The notes under the pieces were generated by a model that saw only the letters and a list, made by a program, of their open reading frames with translations, did not search any database and was not told the origin of the DNA. A stretch of DNA of 64,000 nucleotides, from contig OX597838.1 of assembly GCA_951406725.2 (NCBI GenBank), positions 30,690,001 through 30,754,000 on the forward strand, written 5' to 3'. Positions 1 through 12,512 of this stretch are shown in pieces. The DNA comes from Octopus vulgaris. Its lineage: Eukaryota. The stretch's first letter is position 1; every line of letters begins with the position of its first letter. A program made the position numbers and the translations under genes.

Positions 1-372
1 CAACAATAGATCGTCTTTCCCTTCTAGTGATGTTAAAATATATACCAGTAATATACTGAGGTCAGAGTTTTCCCATTGGACGCTCTTCAGAAATATCTGT
101 CAGGGACACAATATTAGAGATAAATACTGAGACGAGATCAATATCTATTGAGAAGACCAATAATTACCAATAGAACTAGTCATTATTTTATGAACCTCTG
201 AAACAATAGACGTTTTAAAGAGGGAATCTTGTAGGATTCGAAACCCTGGCGAGAAAGAAACACTTCTTGTTAACGTATCGAGTTTGATACTCCGCTGTAG
301 TTTGGCAGTAACTCTCTGTATTAGAAACAACTTTTGTATGATAAAGCAATATTTTAGGGCTTTCCATTATCT

Positions 373-445
373 GGTTCCATGGTGTAGTGGTTATCACATC
401 TGCTTAACACGCAGAAGGTCGTGAGTTCGAAACTCGCTGGAACCT
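373..445 (+). tRNA. tRNA-Val(AAC)
   Basis: Full cloverleaf GGTTCCA-TG-GTGTAGTGGTTATCAC-A-TCTGC TT AAC AC GCAGA-AGGTC-GTGAG TTCGAAA CTCGC-TGGAACC; N73=T; A/B boxes intact; T-run downstream. Confidence 0.9.
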
Positions 446-1131
446 AGGCTTTCTTTTTTGCCTTCGTTTGCTTCTTTTTAACGTAACCATCCTGCAGGAC
501 TGTAAAGCGGTGAGTTGGTAGAATCGTTAGCTTGTTGAAGAAAATGCTCTGTGTCTTTCCCTCCGCTTTCTCTTCTTCATTTCTTTTCTACTTGAGAACG
601 AGAGACAAGAAGAACGAATCGTAATCTATGCTGTTTGAAAGGTGTTTCTGTAAAATTTCATTAAAAGGTATCCATTTTCCTGAAAGTTATGAGGGAAAAA
701 ACCTGATCGTGTGAATTTTCCGAAAATCCTCTTCCTAACCGCTCCCCATTCGCTTGCGCAAATTTTTGTTTTCATATTCGTTTTTTACACATTTTCTTTA
801 CACCTATTAGACAGTTTTTTTGTTGCTTTGGTGACTGGGGGTTATTGTACATAGGACCAGTCCCTAGTCATGTAGTCAGTGATAAGTTTCTGGGTTCAAT
901 CTCATTGAATGTCATCTTGAGCAAGTAACTTACCTAAAGATATTCTTTACTGGTCCCTGTGTTTTTTCTTGTTTGTCTGACGTCCATATTACCATTTATC
1001 TCTTCTAAAGTTGTTTGACAAAAATATCAGTGATTTCAAATGATCCATAAATATCTCGAATCGAAAATGAAATACTATAAAAGTCAGAGCTGGTATATAA
1101 TAAAATAATGTTTTACTCACGGATACCAAGT

Positions 1132-1204
1132 GGTTCCATGGTGTAGTGGTTATCACATCTGCTTCACACGCAGAGTGTCGTGAGTTCGAATCTCACTGGA
1201 ACCC
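1132..1204 (+). tRNA. tRNA-Val(CAC)
   Basis: Same body, anticodon loop TT CAC AC, variable loop GTGTC, T-stem GTGAG/CTCAC; N73=C. Confidence 0.85.
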
Positions 1205-1634
1205 AGCTTGTTCTCCTTTTAACTCTGAGTTGGGGGTGTAGATTGAATTTTGTTTTGGGTTGTTCGATACATACATCAATGATGAATTCCAAATGCTGGA
1301 GCAGTTTGAAAGGGAAACGATGTCCCTGTCACTATAATCACCGGACATTGCCCCATCTTATTATCTGTCTGTGAATCAATGTTAGAAATAAATATTGAGA
1401 TGTTTATTGAGAAGACCAATAATTACCAATAGAACTAGTTATTATTTTATGGACTCCTGAAATAACAGAAGTTAGAGGGCATCCAGCAGGATTCGAAACC
1501 CTGGCGAGAAAGAAACACTTCTTGTTAACGTATTGATTCTGATATTCCGCTGTAGTCTGAAAGTAACTCAACGTTAATCTCTGTATTAAAAACAGCTGTA
1601 TGATATAGCAATATTTTATGAGGTTCTGTCGTCT

Positions 1635-1707
1635 GGTTCCATGGTGTAGTGGTTATCACATCTGCTTAACACGCAGAAGGTCGTGAGTTCGAAACTCGCT
1701 GGAACCT
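1635..1707 (+). tRNA. tRNA-Val(AAC)
   Basis: Identical to 373..445; N73=T. Confidence 0.9.
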
Positions 1708-2224
1708 AAGTTTCTTTTTTGCCTTCGTTTGCTTCTTTTTAACGTAACCATCCTGCAGGACTGTAAAGCGGTGAGCTGGTAGAATCGTTAGCTTGTTGAA
1801 GAAAATGCTCTGTGGCTTTCCCTCCGATTTCTCTTCTTCATTTCTTTTCTACTCGAGAAGAAGAGAGAAGAAGTTCGAATCGTAATCTATGCTGTTTGAA
1901 AGGTGTTTCTGTAAAATTTCATTAAAAGGTATCCATTTTCCTGAAAGTTATGAGGGAAAAAACCTGATCATGCGAATTTTCCGAAAATCCTCTCCCCACC
2001 CGGTCCCCATTCGCTTGCGCAAATTTTTGTTTTCATATTCGTTTTTTACGCATTTTCTTTACACCTAGTAGACAGTTTTTTTTTGCTTTGGTGACTGGGG
2101 GTTAAACTATATATTAACTTAACAACCGAGGGACACAACTAAACACATATATTTAGACAGTCACTCTAAAATTTCTGGTTAGAGACAATTCCTATTGAAG
2201 ATATATATACAGCTGGCGCATCGG

Positions 2225-2288
2225 GGTCCCGTGGCCCTCATATCTGCTTCATACTCAGAAGATCAAGAGTTCGAAGTACGATTGATTC
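2225..2288 (+). pseudogene. Decayed tRNA-Val-derived pseudogene with CAT in anticodon position (copies at 5237-5300, 8035-8098, 11027-11090)
   Basis: TCTGC TT CAT AC TCAGA AGATC and GTTCGAA recognisable; D-arm partly deleted, stems broken. Confidence 0.7.
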
Positions 2289-2438
2289 ATTATTATTCTT
2301 ATTTATTCTCTTTTTTGTTTCAGTCATTTGACTGTGGCCATGCTGGATCATTTTGTTGACGATGTTTTAGTTTTACTTTGAAATATGTTTGACCATTCTT
2401 TCTAAAATTATAATTCCCTGAAGTGAAAAATAAAAGTT

Positions 2439-2511
2439 AGGTTCCAGCGAGTTTCGAACTCACGACCTTCTGCGTGTAAAGCAGATGTGATAACCACTAC
2501 ACCATGGAACC
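2439..2511 (-). tRNA. tRNA-Val(TAC)
   Basis: Reverse complement gives same body with TT TAC AC loop; N73=T followed by AACTTTTATTTTT terminator. Confidence 0.9.
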
Positions 2512-2712
2512 ACACGCTGCAGGCAGAGCAAATATTTTTCTGATCATATACAAGTTGTATGATACATAAGTGAATTCGATCGGGAGTCTTCATAACTGGT
2601 GATCGAACTATATAACAATGGACGGATCTATTATATAATAAGGGGTGGAAGGCTCTAGACTCATCACACTAGCGTTATCGATTCAGTACTCGATTGAATC
2701 TGTTTATATATA

Positions 2713-3017
2713 CTGTTTGTTCCTTCTCGAGCCATCCCTGGCTCATAAGGACCGGTTTCCCGGTTTCCTTGGCGTATAGGTTCCCCACCTGGACGGGACG
2801 CCGGTCCGTCGCAGGTGAGCTGCAAGAGGCAGGAGGAAAGAGTGAGAGAAAGTTGTGGCGAAAGAGTCAGCAGAGGTTCGCCATTAACTTCTGGCGGAGC
2901 CGCGTGGAGCTTAGGTGTTTCGCTCATAAACACACACATCGTCCGCTCTGAGGTTCGAATCCGCGATTCCTCGACCACGAGTCCGCTGCTCTAACCACTA
3001 GGCCATGTGCCTCCCAC
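2713..3017 (-). mobile_element. tRNA-derived SINE with V-domain-like core (copies 5727-5843 internally deleted, 8523-8826, 11515-11818)
   Basis: Head TGGCCTAGTGG...GATTCGAACC, core CCTGCGACGGACCGGCGTCCCGTCCAGG, TSD GTTTATATATA on both sides. Confidence 0.8.
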
Positions 3018-3064
3018 GTTTATATATATGGTAAAGCAGTATTTGGTAAACTCGATAGTTCGGT

Positions 3065-3136
3065 GATTCCATGGTGTAGTGGTTATGGTATTTGTTTCAA
3101 GTGCTGAAAGTCGTGAGTTCGAAACTAACAGCATCC
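3065..3136 (+). pseudogene. tRNA-Val-derived pseudogene, CAA in anticodon position (copies 5891-5962, 8874-8945, 11866-11937)
   Basis: GATTCCATGGTGTAGTGGTTAT...GTGAGTTCGAAACT keeps A and B boxes, but acceptor and anticodon stems no longer pair. Confidence 0.75.
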
Positions 3137-3639
3137 AACTTGTATTGATTGAGTTTTTTCTTCGCTTTTATAAACCTCCACCACCACTACTACCACCACC
3201 ACCACCACCATCACCACCACCACCACCATCACCACCACCACCACCACCACCACCACAACCATACACTCATGATGATGGAAATTCTGTTGTTGTAGTCGAC
3301 GACATTTTTTTCGAGTTGTTTCTGTAATAAATCTAGACCTTTACACCCCTTATTGTACATAGGACCAGTCCATAGTGATGTAGTCAGTGATGAGTTTCTG
3401 GGTTCAATCTCATTGAATGTCATCTTAAGCAAGTAACTTACCTAAAGATATTCTTTACTGGTCCCTGTGTTTTTTCTTGTTTGCCTGACGTCCATATTAC
3501 CATTTATCTCTTCTAAAGTTGTTAGACAAAAACATCAGTGATTTCAAATAATCCATAAATATCTCGAATCGAAAATGAAATACTATAAAAGTCAGAGCTG
3601 GTATATAATAAAATAATGTTTTACCCACGGATACCAAGT

Positions 3640-3712
3640 GGTTCCATGGTGTAGTGGTTATCACATCTGCTTCACACGCAGAGTGTCGTGAGTTCGAATC
3701 TCACTGGAACCT
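3640..3712 (+). tRNA. tRNA-Val(CAC)
   Basis: Full cloverleaf, TT CAC AC; N73=T. Confidence 0.85.
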
Positions 3713-3771
3713 AACTTTTTGTCTTCCTTTTAACTCTGAGTTGGGGGTGTAGATTGAATTTTTTTTTGTTC

Positions 3772-4375
3772 GATTGGGTCATCCCATAAATAATGCGGTT
3801 TTTTTAATTGCATGAACTGAAAGTCGGAGTGAGGATAAACTACCTGCATCAACTTTCTATGAAAGCAGGTGGTAATTTTACCTTGTCCTTATTCTTTGAG
3901 GAGTGCAGATCGATTTTATCAGTTATTTTTTCAAAGATATAAAAGTGACAAAAGAGCAGATTCGGTATGTTTTGCTTTATGAGTTCAATAAAGGCAACAA
4001 CGCAACGGGAAGTGCAAGGAATATAAATGGAGATCGGACAATAAGCGTAAGCCTGTGTCAACGGTGGTTCCAGAAATTCCAAGCCGGAAACTACATCTTA
4101 AAAGACGAACTTCATCCTGGAACATCTGTAGATCTCGACGAGGACGACCCTGGTGGAACAAAATCCTATCGTAACCGTTGAGAAACTAGCAGAGAATTTG
4201 GTCATTCAACCATTCATCGACACCAGCGCTTTGGTATCCAGACGAATGGTGTTCTTCCATCAGGATAATACGCGGTCACATACATCAATGATGAATTCCA
4301 AATGCTGGAGCAGTTTGAAAGGGAAACGATGCCCCTGTCACTATAATCACCGGACATTGCCCCATCTGATTATCT
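3772..4375 (+). mobile_element. Internally deleted mariner transposase relic (copies 6546-7175, 9561-10165; short piece ~1270-1365)
   Basis: TIR-like TGGGTCATCCCATAAATAATGCGG; HTH peptide IRYVLLYEFNKGNNA...CQRWFQKFQAGNYSL; FFHQDNTRSHTS and SPDIAPSDY motifs; frameshifts. Confidence 0.85.
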
Positions 4376-4643
4376 GTCTGTGAATCAATGTTAGAAATAA
4401 ATATTGAGATGTTTTTTGAGAAGACCAATAATTACCAATAGAACTAGTTATTATTTTATGGACTCCTGAAATAACAGGAGTTAAAGGGCATCCAGCAGGA
4501 TTCGAAACCCCGGCGAGAAAGAAGCACTTCTTGTTAACGTATCGATTCTGATACTCCGCTGTAATTTGAAAGTAACTGAACGTTTATCTCTGTATTAAAA
4601 ACAGCTGTATGATAAAGCAATATTTTGGGACGTTCTGTCGTCT

Positions 4644-4716
4644 GGTTCCATGGTGTAGTGGTTATCACATCTGCTTAACGCGCAGAAGGTCGTGAGTTCG
4701 AAACTCGCTGGAACCT
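4644..4716 (+). tRNA. tRNA-Val(AAC), A37G variant
   Basis: Cloverleaf with loop TT AAC GC; N73=T. Confidence 0.8.
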
Positions 4717-5451
4717 TGTTTTTGTTTTTTGCCTTCGTTTGCTTCTTTTTAACGTAACCATCCTGTAGGACTGTAAAGCGGTATACTGGTAGAATCGTTA
4801 GCTTGTTGAAGAAAATGTTCTGTGGCTTTCCCTCCGCTTTCTCTTCTTCATTTCTTTTCTACTCGAGAATGAGAGAGAAGAAGAACGAATCGTAATCTAT
4901 GCTGTTTGAAAGGTGTCTCTGTAAAATTTCATTAAAAGGTATCCATTTTCCTGAAAGTTATGAGGGAAAAAACCTGATCGTGTGAATTTTCCGAAAGTCC
5001 TCTCCCCACCCGCTCCCCATTCGCTTGCGCAAATTTTTGTTTTCATATTTGTTTTTTTACACATTTTCTTTACACCTATTAGACAGTTTCTTTTTTGCTT
5101 TGGTGACTGGGGGTTAAACTATATATTAACTTAACAACCGAGGGACACAACTAAACACATATATTTAGACTGTCACTCTAAAATTTCTGGTTTGTGACAA
5201 TTCCTATTGAAGATATATACACAGCTGGCGCATCGGGGTCCCGTGGCCCTCATATCTGCTTCATACTCAGAAGATCAAGAGTTCGAAGTACGATTGATTC
5301 ATTATTATTCTTATTTATTCTTTTATTTGTTTCAGTCATTTGACTGTGGCCATGCTGGATCATTTTGTTGACGATGTTTCAGTTCTACTTTGAAATATGT
5401 TTGACCGTTTTTTTCTAAAATTATAATTCCCTGAAGTGAAAAATAAAAATT

Positions 5452-5524
5452 AGGTTCCAGCGAGTTTCGAACTCACGGCCTTCTGCGTGTAAAGCAGATG
5501 TGATAACCACTACACCATGGAACC
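5452..5524 (-). tRNA. tRNA-Val(TAC)
   Basis: Cloverleaf, variable loop AGGCC; N73=T. Confidence 0.85.
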
Positions 5525-6415
5525 ACTCACTGAAATAAGAGCAAATATTTTTCTTATCATATACAATTTGTATGATGCATAAGTGAATTCGATCGGGTGT
5601 CTTCATAACTGGAGATCGAACTATATAACAATGGACGGATCTATTATATAATAAGGGGTGGAAGGCTCTAGACTCATCACACCAGCAGAATCGATTTCAG
5701 TATTCGATTGAATCTGTTTATATATACTGTTTGGAGCTTAGGTGTTTCGCTCATAAACACACACATCGCCCGGTCTGAGATTCGAATCCGCGATTCCTCG
5801 ACCACGAATCCGCTGCTCTAACCACAAGGCCATGTACCTCCACGTTTATATATATGGTAAAGCAGTATTTGGTAAACTCGATAGTTCGGTGATTCCATGG
5901 TGTAGTGGTTATCGTATTTATTTCAAGCACTGAAAGTCGTGAGTTCGAAACTCACAGCATCCAACTTGTATTGATTGAGTTTTTTTCTTCACTTTTATAA
6001 ACCTCAACGACGACGACGACCACCACCACCACCACAACCACACACTCATGATGATGGAAATTCTGTTGTTGTAGTCGACGACATTTTTTTCGAGTTGTTT
6101 CTGTAATAAATCTAGACCTTTACACCCCTTATTGTACATAGGACCAGTCCATAGTGATGTAGTCAGTGATGAGTTTCTGGGTTCAATCTCATTGAATGTC
6201 ATCTTGAGCAAGTAACTTACCTAAAGATATTCTTTACTGGTCCCTTTTTTTTTCTTGTTTGCCTGACGTCCATTTAACATTTATCTCTTCTAAAGTTATT
6301 TGACAAAAATATCAGTGATTTCAAATAATCCATAAATATCTCGAAATGAAAATGAAATACTATAAAAGTCAGAGCTGGTATATAATAAAATAATGTTTTA
6401 CACACGATACCAAGT

Positions 6416-6488
6416 GGTTCCATGGTGTAGTGGTTATCACATCTGCTTCACACGCAGAGTGTCGTGAGTTCGAATCTCACTGGAACCC
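6416..6488 (+). tRNA. tRNA-Val(CAC)
   Basis: Cloverleaf as 1132..1204; N73=C. Confidence 0.85.
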
Positions 6489-7443
6489 AGTTTGCTTACC
6501 TTTTAACTCTGAGTTAGGGGTGTAGATTGAATTTTTTTTTTATTCGATTGTGTCATCCCATAAATAATGCGGCTTTTTTAATCGCATGAACTGAAAGTCG
6601 GAGTGGGGATAAACTACCTGCATCAACTTTCTATGAAAGCAGGTAGTAATTTTACCTTGTCCTTATTCTTTGAGGGGTGCAGGTCGATTTTATCAGTTAT
6701 TTTTTCAAAGATATAAAAGTGTTAAAAGAGCAGATTCGGTATGTTTTGCTTTATGAGTTCAATAAAGGCAACAACGCAACGGGAAGTGCAAGGAATATAA
6801 ATGGAGATCGGACAATAAGCGTAAGCCTGTGTCAACGGTGGTTCCAGAAATTCCAAGCCGGAAACTACAGCTTAGAAGACGAACTTCATTCTGGAACATC
6901 TGTTGATCTCGACGAGGATGTCCAGCAAACCCTGGTAGAACAAAATCCTATCGTAACCGTTGAGAAACTAGCAGAGAATTTGGTCATTCAACCATTCATC
7001 GACACCAGCGCTGGAAGAAAAACGACCATCTTTTGTATCCAGACGAATGGTGTTCTTCCATCAGGATTATACGCGGTCAAATACATCAACGATGGATTCC
7101 AAATGCTGGAGCAGTTTGAAAGGGAAACGATGCCCCTGTCACTATAATCACTGGACATTGCCCCATCTGATTATCTGTCTGTGAATCAATGTTAGAAATA
7201 AATATTGAGATGTTTATTGAGATGACCAATAATTACCAATAGAACTAGTTATTATTTTATGGACTCCTGAAATAACAGAAGTTAGAGGGCATCCAGCAGG
7301 ATTCGAAACCCTGGCGAGAAAGAAACACTTCTTTTAACGTATCGATTCTGATACTCGGCTGTAATTTGAAAGTAACTCAACGTTAATCTCTGTATTAAAA
7401 ACAACTGTATGATAAAGCAATATTTTAGAAATCTCTGTCGTCT

Positions 7444-7516
7444 GGTTCCATGGTGTAGTGGTTATCACATCTGCTTAACACGCAGAAGGTCGTGAGTTCG
7501 AAACTCGCTGGAACCT
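7444..7516 (+). tRNA. tRNA-Val(AAC)
   Basis: Identical to 373..445. Confidence 0.9.
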
Positions 7517-8248
7517 AAGTGTCTTTTTTGCCTTCGTTTGCTTCTTTTTAACGTAACCATCTTGTAGGACTGTAAAGCGGTGAGCTGGTAGAATCGTTAG
7601 CTTGTTGAAGAAAATGCTCTGTGGCTTTTCCTCCGCTTTCTCTTCTTCATTTCTTTTCTACTCGAGAACGAGAGAGAAGAAGAACGAATCGTAATCTATG
7701 GTGTTTTAAAAGTGCTTCTGTAAAATTTCATTAAAAGGTATCCATTTTCCTGAAAGTTATGAGGGAAAAAACCTGATCGTGTGAATTTTCCGAAAGTCCT
7801 CTCCCCACCCGCTCCCCATTCGCTTGCGCAAATTTTTGTTTTTATATTCGTTTTTTACACATATTCTTTACACCTATTAGACAGTTATTTTTTTGCTTTG
7901 GTGACTGGGGGTTAAACTATATATTAACTTAACAACCGAGGGACACAACTAAACACATATATTTTGACTGTCACTCTAAAATTTCTGGTTAGAGACAATT
8001 CCTATTGAAGATATATATACAGCTGGCGCATCGGGGTCCCGTGGCCCTCATATCTGCTTCATACTCAGAAGATCAAGAGTTCGAAGTACGATTGATTCAT
8101 TATTATTCTTATTTATTCTCTTTTTTGTTTCAGTCATTTGACTGTGGCCATGCTGGATCATTTTGTTGACGATGTTTTAGTTTTACTTTGAAATATGTTT
8201 GACCATTCTTTCTAAAATTATAATTCCCTGAAGTGAAAAATAAAAGTT

Positions 8249-8321
8249 AGGTTCCAGCGAGTTTCGAACTCACGACCTTCTGCGTGTAAAGCAGATGTGA
8301 TAACCACTACACCATGGAACC
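8249..8321 (-). tRNA. tRNA-Val(TAC)
   Basis: Identical to 2439..2511. Confidence 0.9.
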
Positions 8322-9430
8322 ACACGCTGCAATCAGAGCAAATATTTTTCTTATCATATACAAGTTGTATGATACATAAGTGAATTCGATCGGGAGTCTT
8401 CATAACTGGAGATCGAACTATATAACAATGGACGGATCTATTATATAATAAGGGGTGGAAGGCTCTAGACTCATCACACTAGCGTTATCGATTCAGTACT
8501 CGATTGAATCTGTTTATATATACTGTTTGTTCCTTCTCGAGCCATCCCTGGCTCATAAGGACCGGTTTCCCGGTTTCCTTGGCGTATAGGTTCCCCACCT
8601 GGACGGGACGCCGGTCCGTCGCAGGTGAGCTGCAAGAGGCAGGAGGAAAGAGTGAGAGAAAGTTGTGGCGAAAGAGTCAGCAGAGGTTCGCCATTAACTT
8701 CTGGCGGAGCCGCGTGGAGCTTAGGTGTTTCGCTCATAAACACACACATCGTCCGCTCTGAGGTTCGAATCCGCGATTCCTCGACCACGAGTCCGCTGCT
8801 CTAACCACTAGGCCATGTGCCTCCACGTTTATATATATGGTAAAGCAGTATTTGGTAAACTCGATAGTTCGGTGATTCCATGGTGTAGTGGTTATGGTAT
8901 TTGTTTCAAGCGCTGAAAGTCGTGAGTTCGAAACTAACAGCATCCAACTTGTATTGATTGAGTTTTTTCTTCGCTTTTATAAACCTCCACCACCACTACT
9001 ACCACCATCACCACCACCACCACCATCACCACCACCATCACCACCACCACCACAACCATACACTCATGATGATGGAAATTCTGTTGTTGTAGTCGACGAC
9101 ATTTTTTTCGAGTTGTTTCTGTAATAAATCTAGACCTTTACACCCCTTATTGTACATAGGACCAGTCCATAGTGATGTAGTCAGTGATGAGTTCCTGGGT
9201 TCAATCTCATTGAATGTCATCTTGAGCAAGTAACTTACCTAAAGATATTCTTTACTGGTCCCTTTTTTTTTCTTGTTTGCCTGAGATATTACCATTTATC
9301 ACTTCTAAAGTTGTTTGACAAAAATATCAGTGATTTCAAATAATCCATAAATATCTCGAATCGAAAATGAAATACTATAAAAGTCAGAGCTGGTATATAA
9401 TAAAATAATGTTTTACACACGATACCAAGT

Positions 9431-9503
9431 GGTTCCATGGTGTAGTGGTTATCACATCTGCTTCACACGCAGAGTGTCGTGAGTTCGAATCTCACTGGAA
9501 CCC
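9431..9503 (+). tRNA. tRNA-Val(CAC)
   Basis: Cloverleaf as 1132..1204; N73=C. Confidence 0.85.
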
Positions 9504-10435
9504 AGTTTGCTTTCCTTTTAACTCTGAGTTAGGGGTGTAGATTGAATTTTTTTTTTATTCGATTGGGTCATCCCATAAATAATGCGGCTTTTTTAATTGC
9601 ATGAACTGAAAGTAGGAGTGGGGATAAATTACCTGCATCAACTTTCTATGAAAGCAGATGGTAATTTTACCTTGTCCTTATTCTTTAAGGAGTGCAGGTC
9701 GATTTTAACAGTTATCTTTCCAAAGCCATAATGGAAGTGTTAAAAGAGCAGATTCGGTATGTTTTGCTTTATGAGTTCAATAAAGGCAACAACGCAACGG
9801 AAAGTGCAAGGAATATAAATAGAGATCGGACAATAAGCGTAAGCCTGTGTCAACGGTGGTTCCAGAAATTCCAAGCCGGAAACTACAGCTTAAAAGACGA
9901 ACTTCATCCTGGAACATCTGTAGATCTCGACGAGGACGACCCTGGTGGAACAAAATCCTATCGTAACCGTTGAGAAACTAGCAGAGAATTTGGTCATTCA
10001 ACCATTCATCGACACCAGCGCTTTGGTATCCAGACGAATGGTGTTCTTCCATCAGGATAATACGCGGTCACATACATCAATGATGAATTCCAAATGCTGG
10101 AGCAGTTTGAAAGGGAAACGATGCCCCTGTCACTATAATCACCGGACATTGCCCCATCTTATTATCTGTCTGTGAATCAATGTTAGAAATAAATATTGAG
10201 ATGTTTATTGAGAAGACCAATAATTACCAATAGAACTAGTTATTATTTTATGGACCCCTGAAATAACAGAAGTTAGAGGGCATCCAGCAGGATTCGAAAC
10301 CCTGGCGAGAAAGAAACACTTCTTGTTAACGCATAGATTCTGATACTCCGCTGTAGTTTGGCAGTAACTGAACGTTAATCTCTGTATTAAAAACAACTGT
10401 ATGATATAGCAATATTTAAGGATATTCTGTCGTCT

Positions 10436-10508
10436 GGTTCCATGGTGTAGTGGTTATCACATCTGCTTAACACGCAGAAGGTCGTGAGTTCGAAACTCAC
10501 TGGAACCT
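10436..10508 (+). tRNA. tRNA-Val(AAC)
   Basis: Cloverleaf, T-stem GTGAG/CTCAC; N73=T. Confidence 0.9.
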
Positions 10509-11240
10509 AGGTTTTTTTCTTGCCTTCGTTTGCTTCTTTTTAGCGTAGCCATCCTGTAGGACTGTAAAGCGATGAGCTGGTAGAATCGTTAGCTTGTTGA
10601 AGAAAATGCTCTGTGGCTTTCCATTCGCTTTCTCTTCTTCATTTCTTTTCTACTCGAGAATGAGAGATAAGAAGAACGAATCGTAATGTATGCTGTTTGA
10701 AAGGTGCTTCTGTAAAATTTCATTAAAAGGTATCCATTTTCCTGAAAGTTATGAGGGAAAAATCTGATTGTGTGAATTTTCCGAAAGTCCTCTCCCTACC
10801 CGCTCCCCATTCATTTGCGCAAATTTCTGTTTTCATATTCGTTTTTTACACATTTTCTTTACACCTATTAGACAGTTTTTTTTGTTGCTTTGGTGACTGG
10901 GGGTTAAACTATATATTAACTTAACAACTGAGGGACAGAACTAAACACATATATTTAGACTGTTACTCTAAAATTTCTGGTTAGAGACAATTCCTATTGA
11001 AGATATATACACAGCTGGCGCATCGGGGTCCCGTGGCTCTTACATCTGCTTCATACTCAGAAGATCAAGAGTTCGAAGTACGATTGATTCATTATTATTC
11101 TTATTTATTCTCTTTTTTGTTTCAGTCATTTGACTGTGGCCATGCTGGATCATTTTGTTGACGATGTTTTAGTTTTACTTTGAAATATGTTTGACCATTC
11201 TTTCTAAAATTATAATTCCCTGAAGTGAAAAATAAAAGTT

Positions 11241-11313
11241 AGGTTCCAGCGAGTTTCGAACTCGCGACCTTCTGCGTGTAAAGCAGATGTGATAACCACT
11301 ACACCATGGAACC
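11241..11313 (-). tRNA. tRNA-Val(TAC)
   Basis: Cloverleaf, T-stem GCGAG/CTCGC; N73=T. Confidence 0.9.
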
Positions 11314-12382
11314 ACACGCTGCAATCAAAGCATATATTTTTCTTATCATATACAAGTTGTATGATACATAAGTGAATTCGATCGGGAGTCTTCATAATTG
11401 GAGATCGAACTATATAACAATGGACGGATCTATTATATAATAAGGGGTGGAAGGCTCTAGACTCATCACACTAACGTTATCGATTCAGTACTCGATTGAA
11501 TCTGTTTATATATACTGTTTGTTCCTTCTCGAGTCATCCCTGGCTCATAAGGACCGGTTTCCCGGTTTCCTTGGCGTATAGGTTCCCCACCTGGACGGGA
11601 CGCCGGTCCGTCGCAGGTGAGCTGCAAGAGGCAGGAGGAAAGAGTGAGAGAAAGTTGTGGCGAAAGAGTCAGCAGAGGTTCGCCATTAACTTCTGGCGGA
11701 GCCGCGTGGAGCTTAGGTGTTTCGCTCATAAACACACACATCGCCCGGTCTGAGGTTCGAATCCGCGATTCCTCGACCACGAGTTCGCTGCTCTAACCAC
11801 TGGGCCATGTGCCTCCACGTTTATATATATGGTAAAGCAGTATTTGGTAAACTCGATAGTTCGGTGATTCCATGGTGTAGTGGTTATCGTATTTGTTTCA
11901 AACGTTGAAAGTCGTGAGTTCGAAACTCACAGGAATCAACTTGTATTGATTGAGGGTTTTTCTTCGCTTTTATAAACCTCCTCCTCCACCACCACCACCA
12001 CCACACACTCATGATGATGGAAATTCTGTTGTTGTAGTCGACGACATTTTTTTCGAGTTGTTTCTGTAATAAATCTAGAGATTTACACCCCTTATTGTAC
12101 ATAGGACCAGTCCATAGTGATGTAGTCAGTGATGAGTTTCTGGGTTCAATCTCATTGAATGTCATCTTGAGCAAGTTACTTACCTAAAGATATTCTTTAC
12201 TGGTCCCTGTTTTCTTTTTCTTGTTTGCCTGACGTCCAATTAACATTTATCTCTTCTAAAGTTGTTTGACAAAAATATCAGTGATTTCAAATGATCTACA
12301 AATATCTCGAAATGAAAATGAAATACTATAAAAGTCAGTTCTGGTATATAATAAAACAATGTTTTACTCACGGATACCAAGT

Positions 12383-12455
12383 GGTTCCATGGTGTAGTGG
12401 TTATCAAATCTGCTTCACACGCAGAGTGTCGTGAGTCCGAATCTCACTGGAACCC
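12383..12455 (+). tRNA. tRNA-Val(CAC), probably non-functional
   Basis: D-stem ATCAA (C25A) and T-loop TCCGAAT (B-box hit); N73=C. Confidence 0.6.
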
Positions 12456-12512
12456 AGTTTGTTTTCCTTTTAATTCTGAGTTGGGGGTGTAGATTGAATT
12501 TTTTTTTTGTTC

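Noticed and set aside
1199-1206. Genomically encoded CCA after CAC tRNAs (GGAACCCAG)
   Set aside because: The first C of the apparent CCA is acceptor-stem C72, so the register is wrong. It is also absent from other copies.
1476-1510. Minus-strand T-arm-like motif (GGGTTTCGAATCCTGCTGGA) upstream of AAC genes
   Set aside because: No D-arm or anticodon arm was found. At most it is an ancient tRNA or SINE fragment.
2664-2978. Repeated 104-aa and 85-aa ORFs (also at 8474 and 11466)
   Set aside because: They lie within a tRNA-derived SINE and recur only because of the tandem duplication.
6677-7147. Functional mariner transposase or SETMAR-like gene
   Set aside because: It has large internal deletions and frameshifts, and no SET domain.
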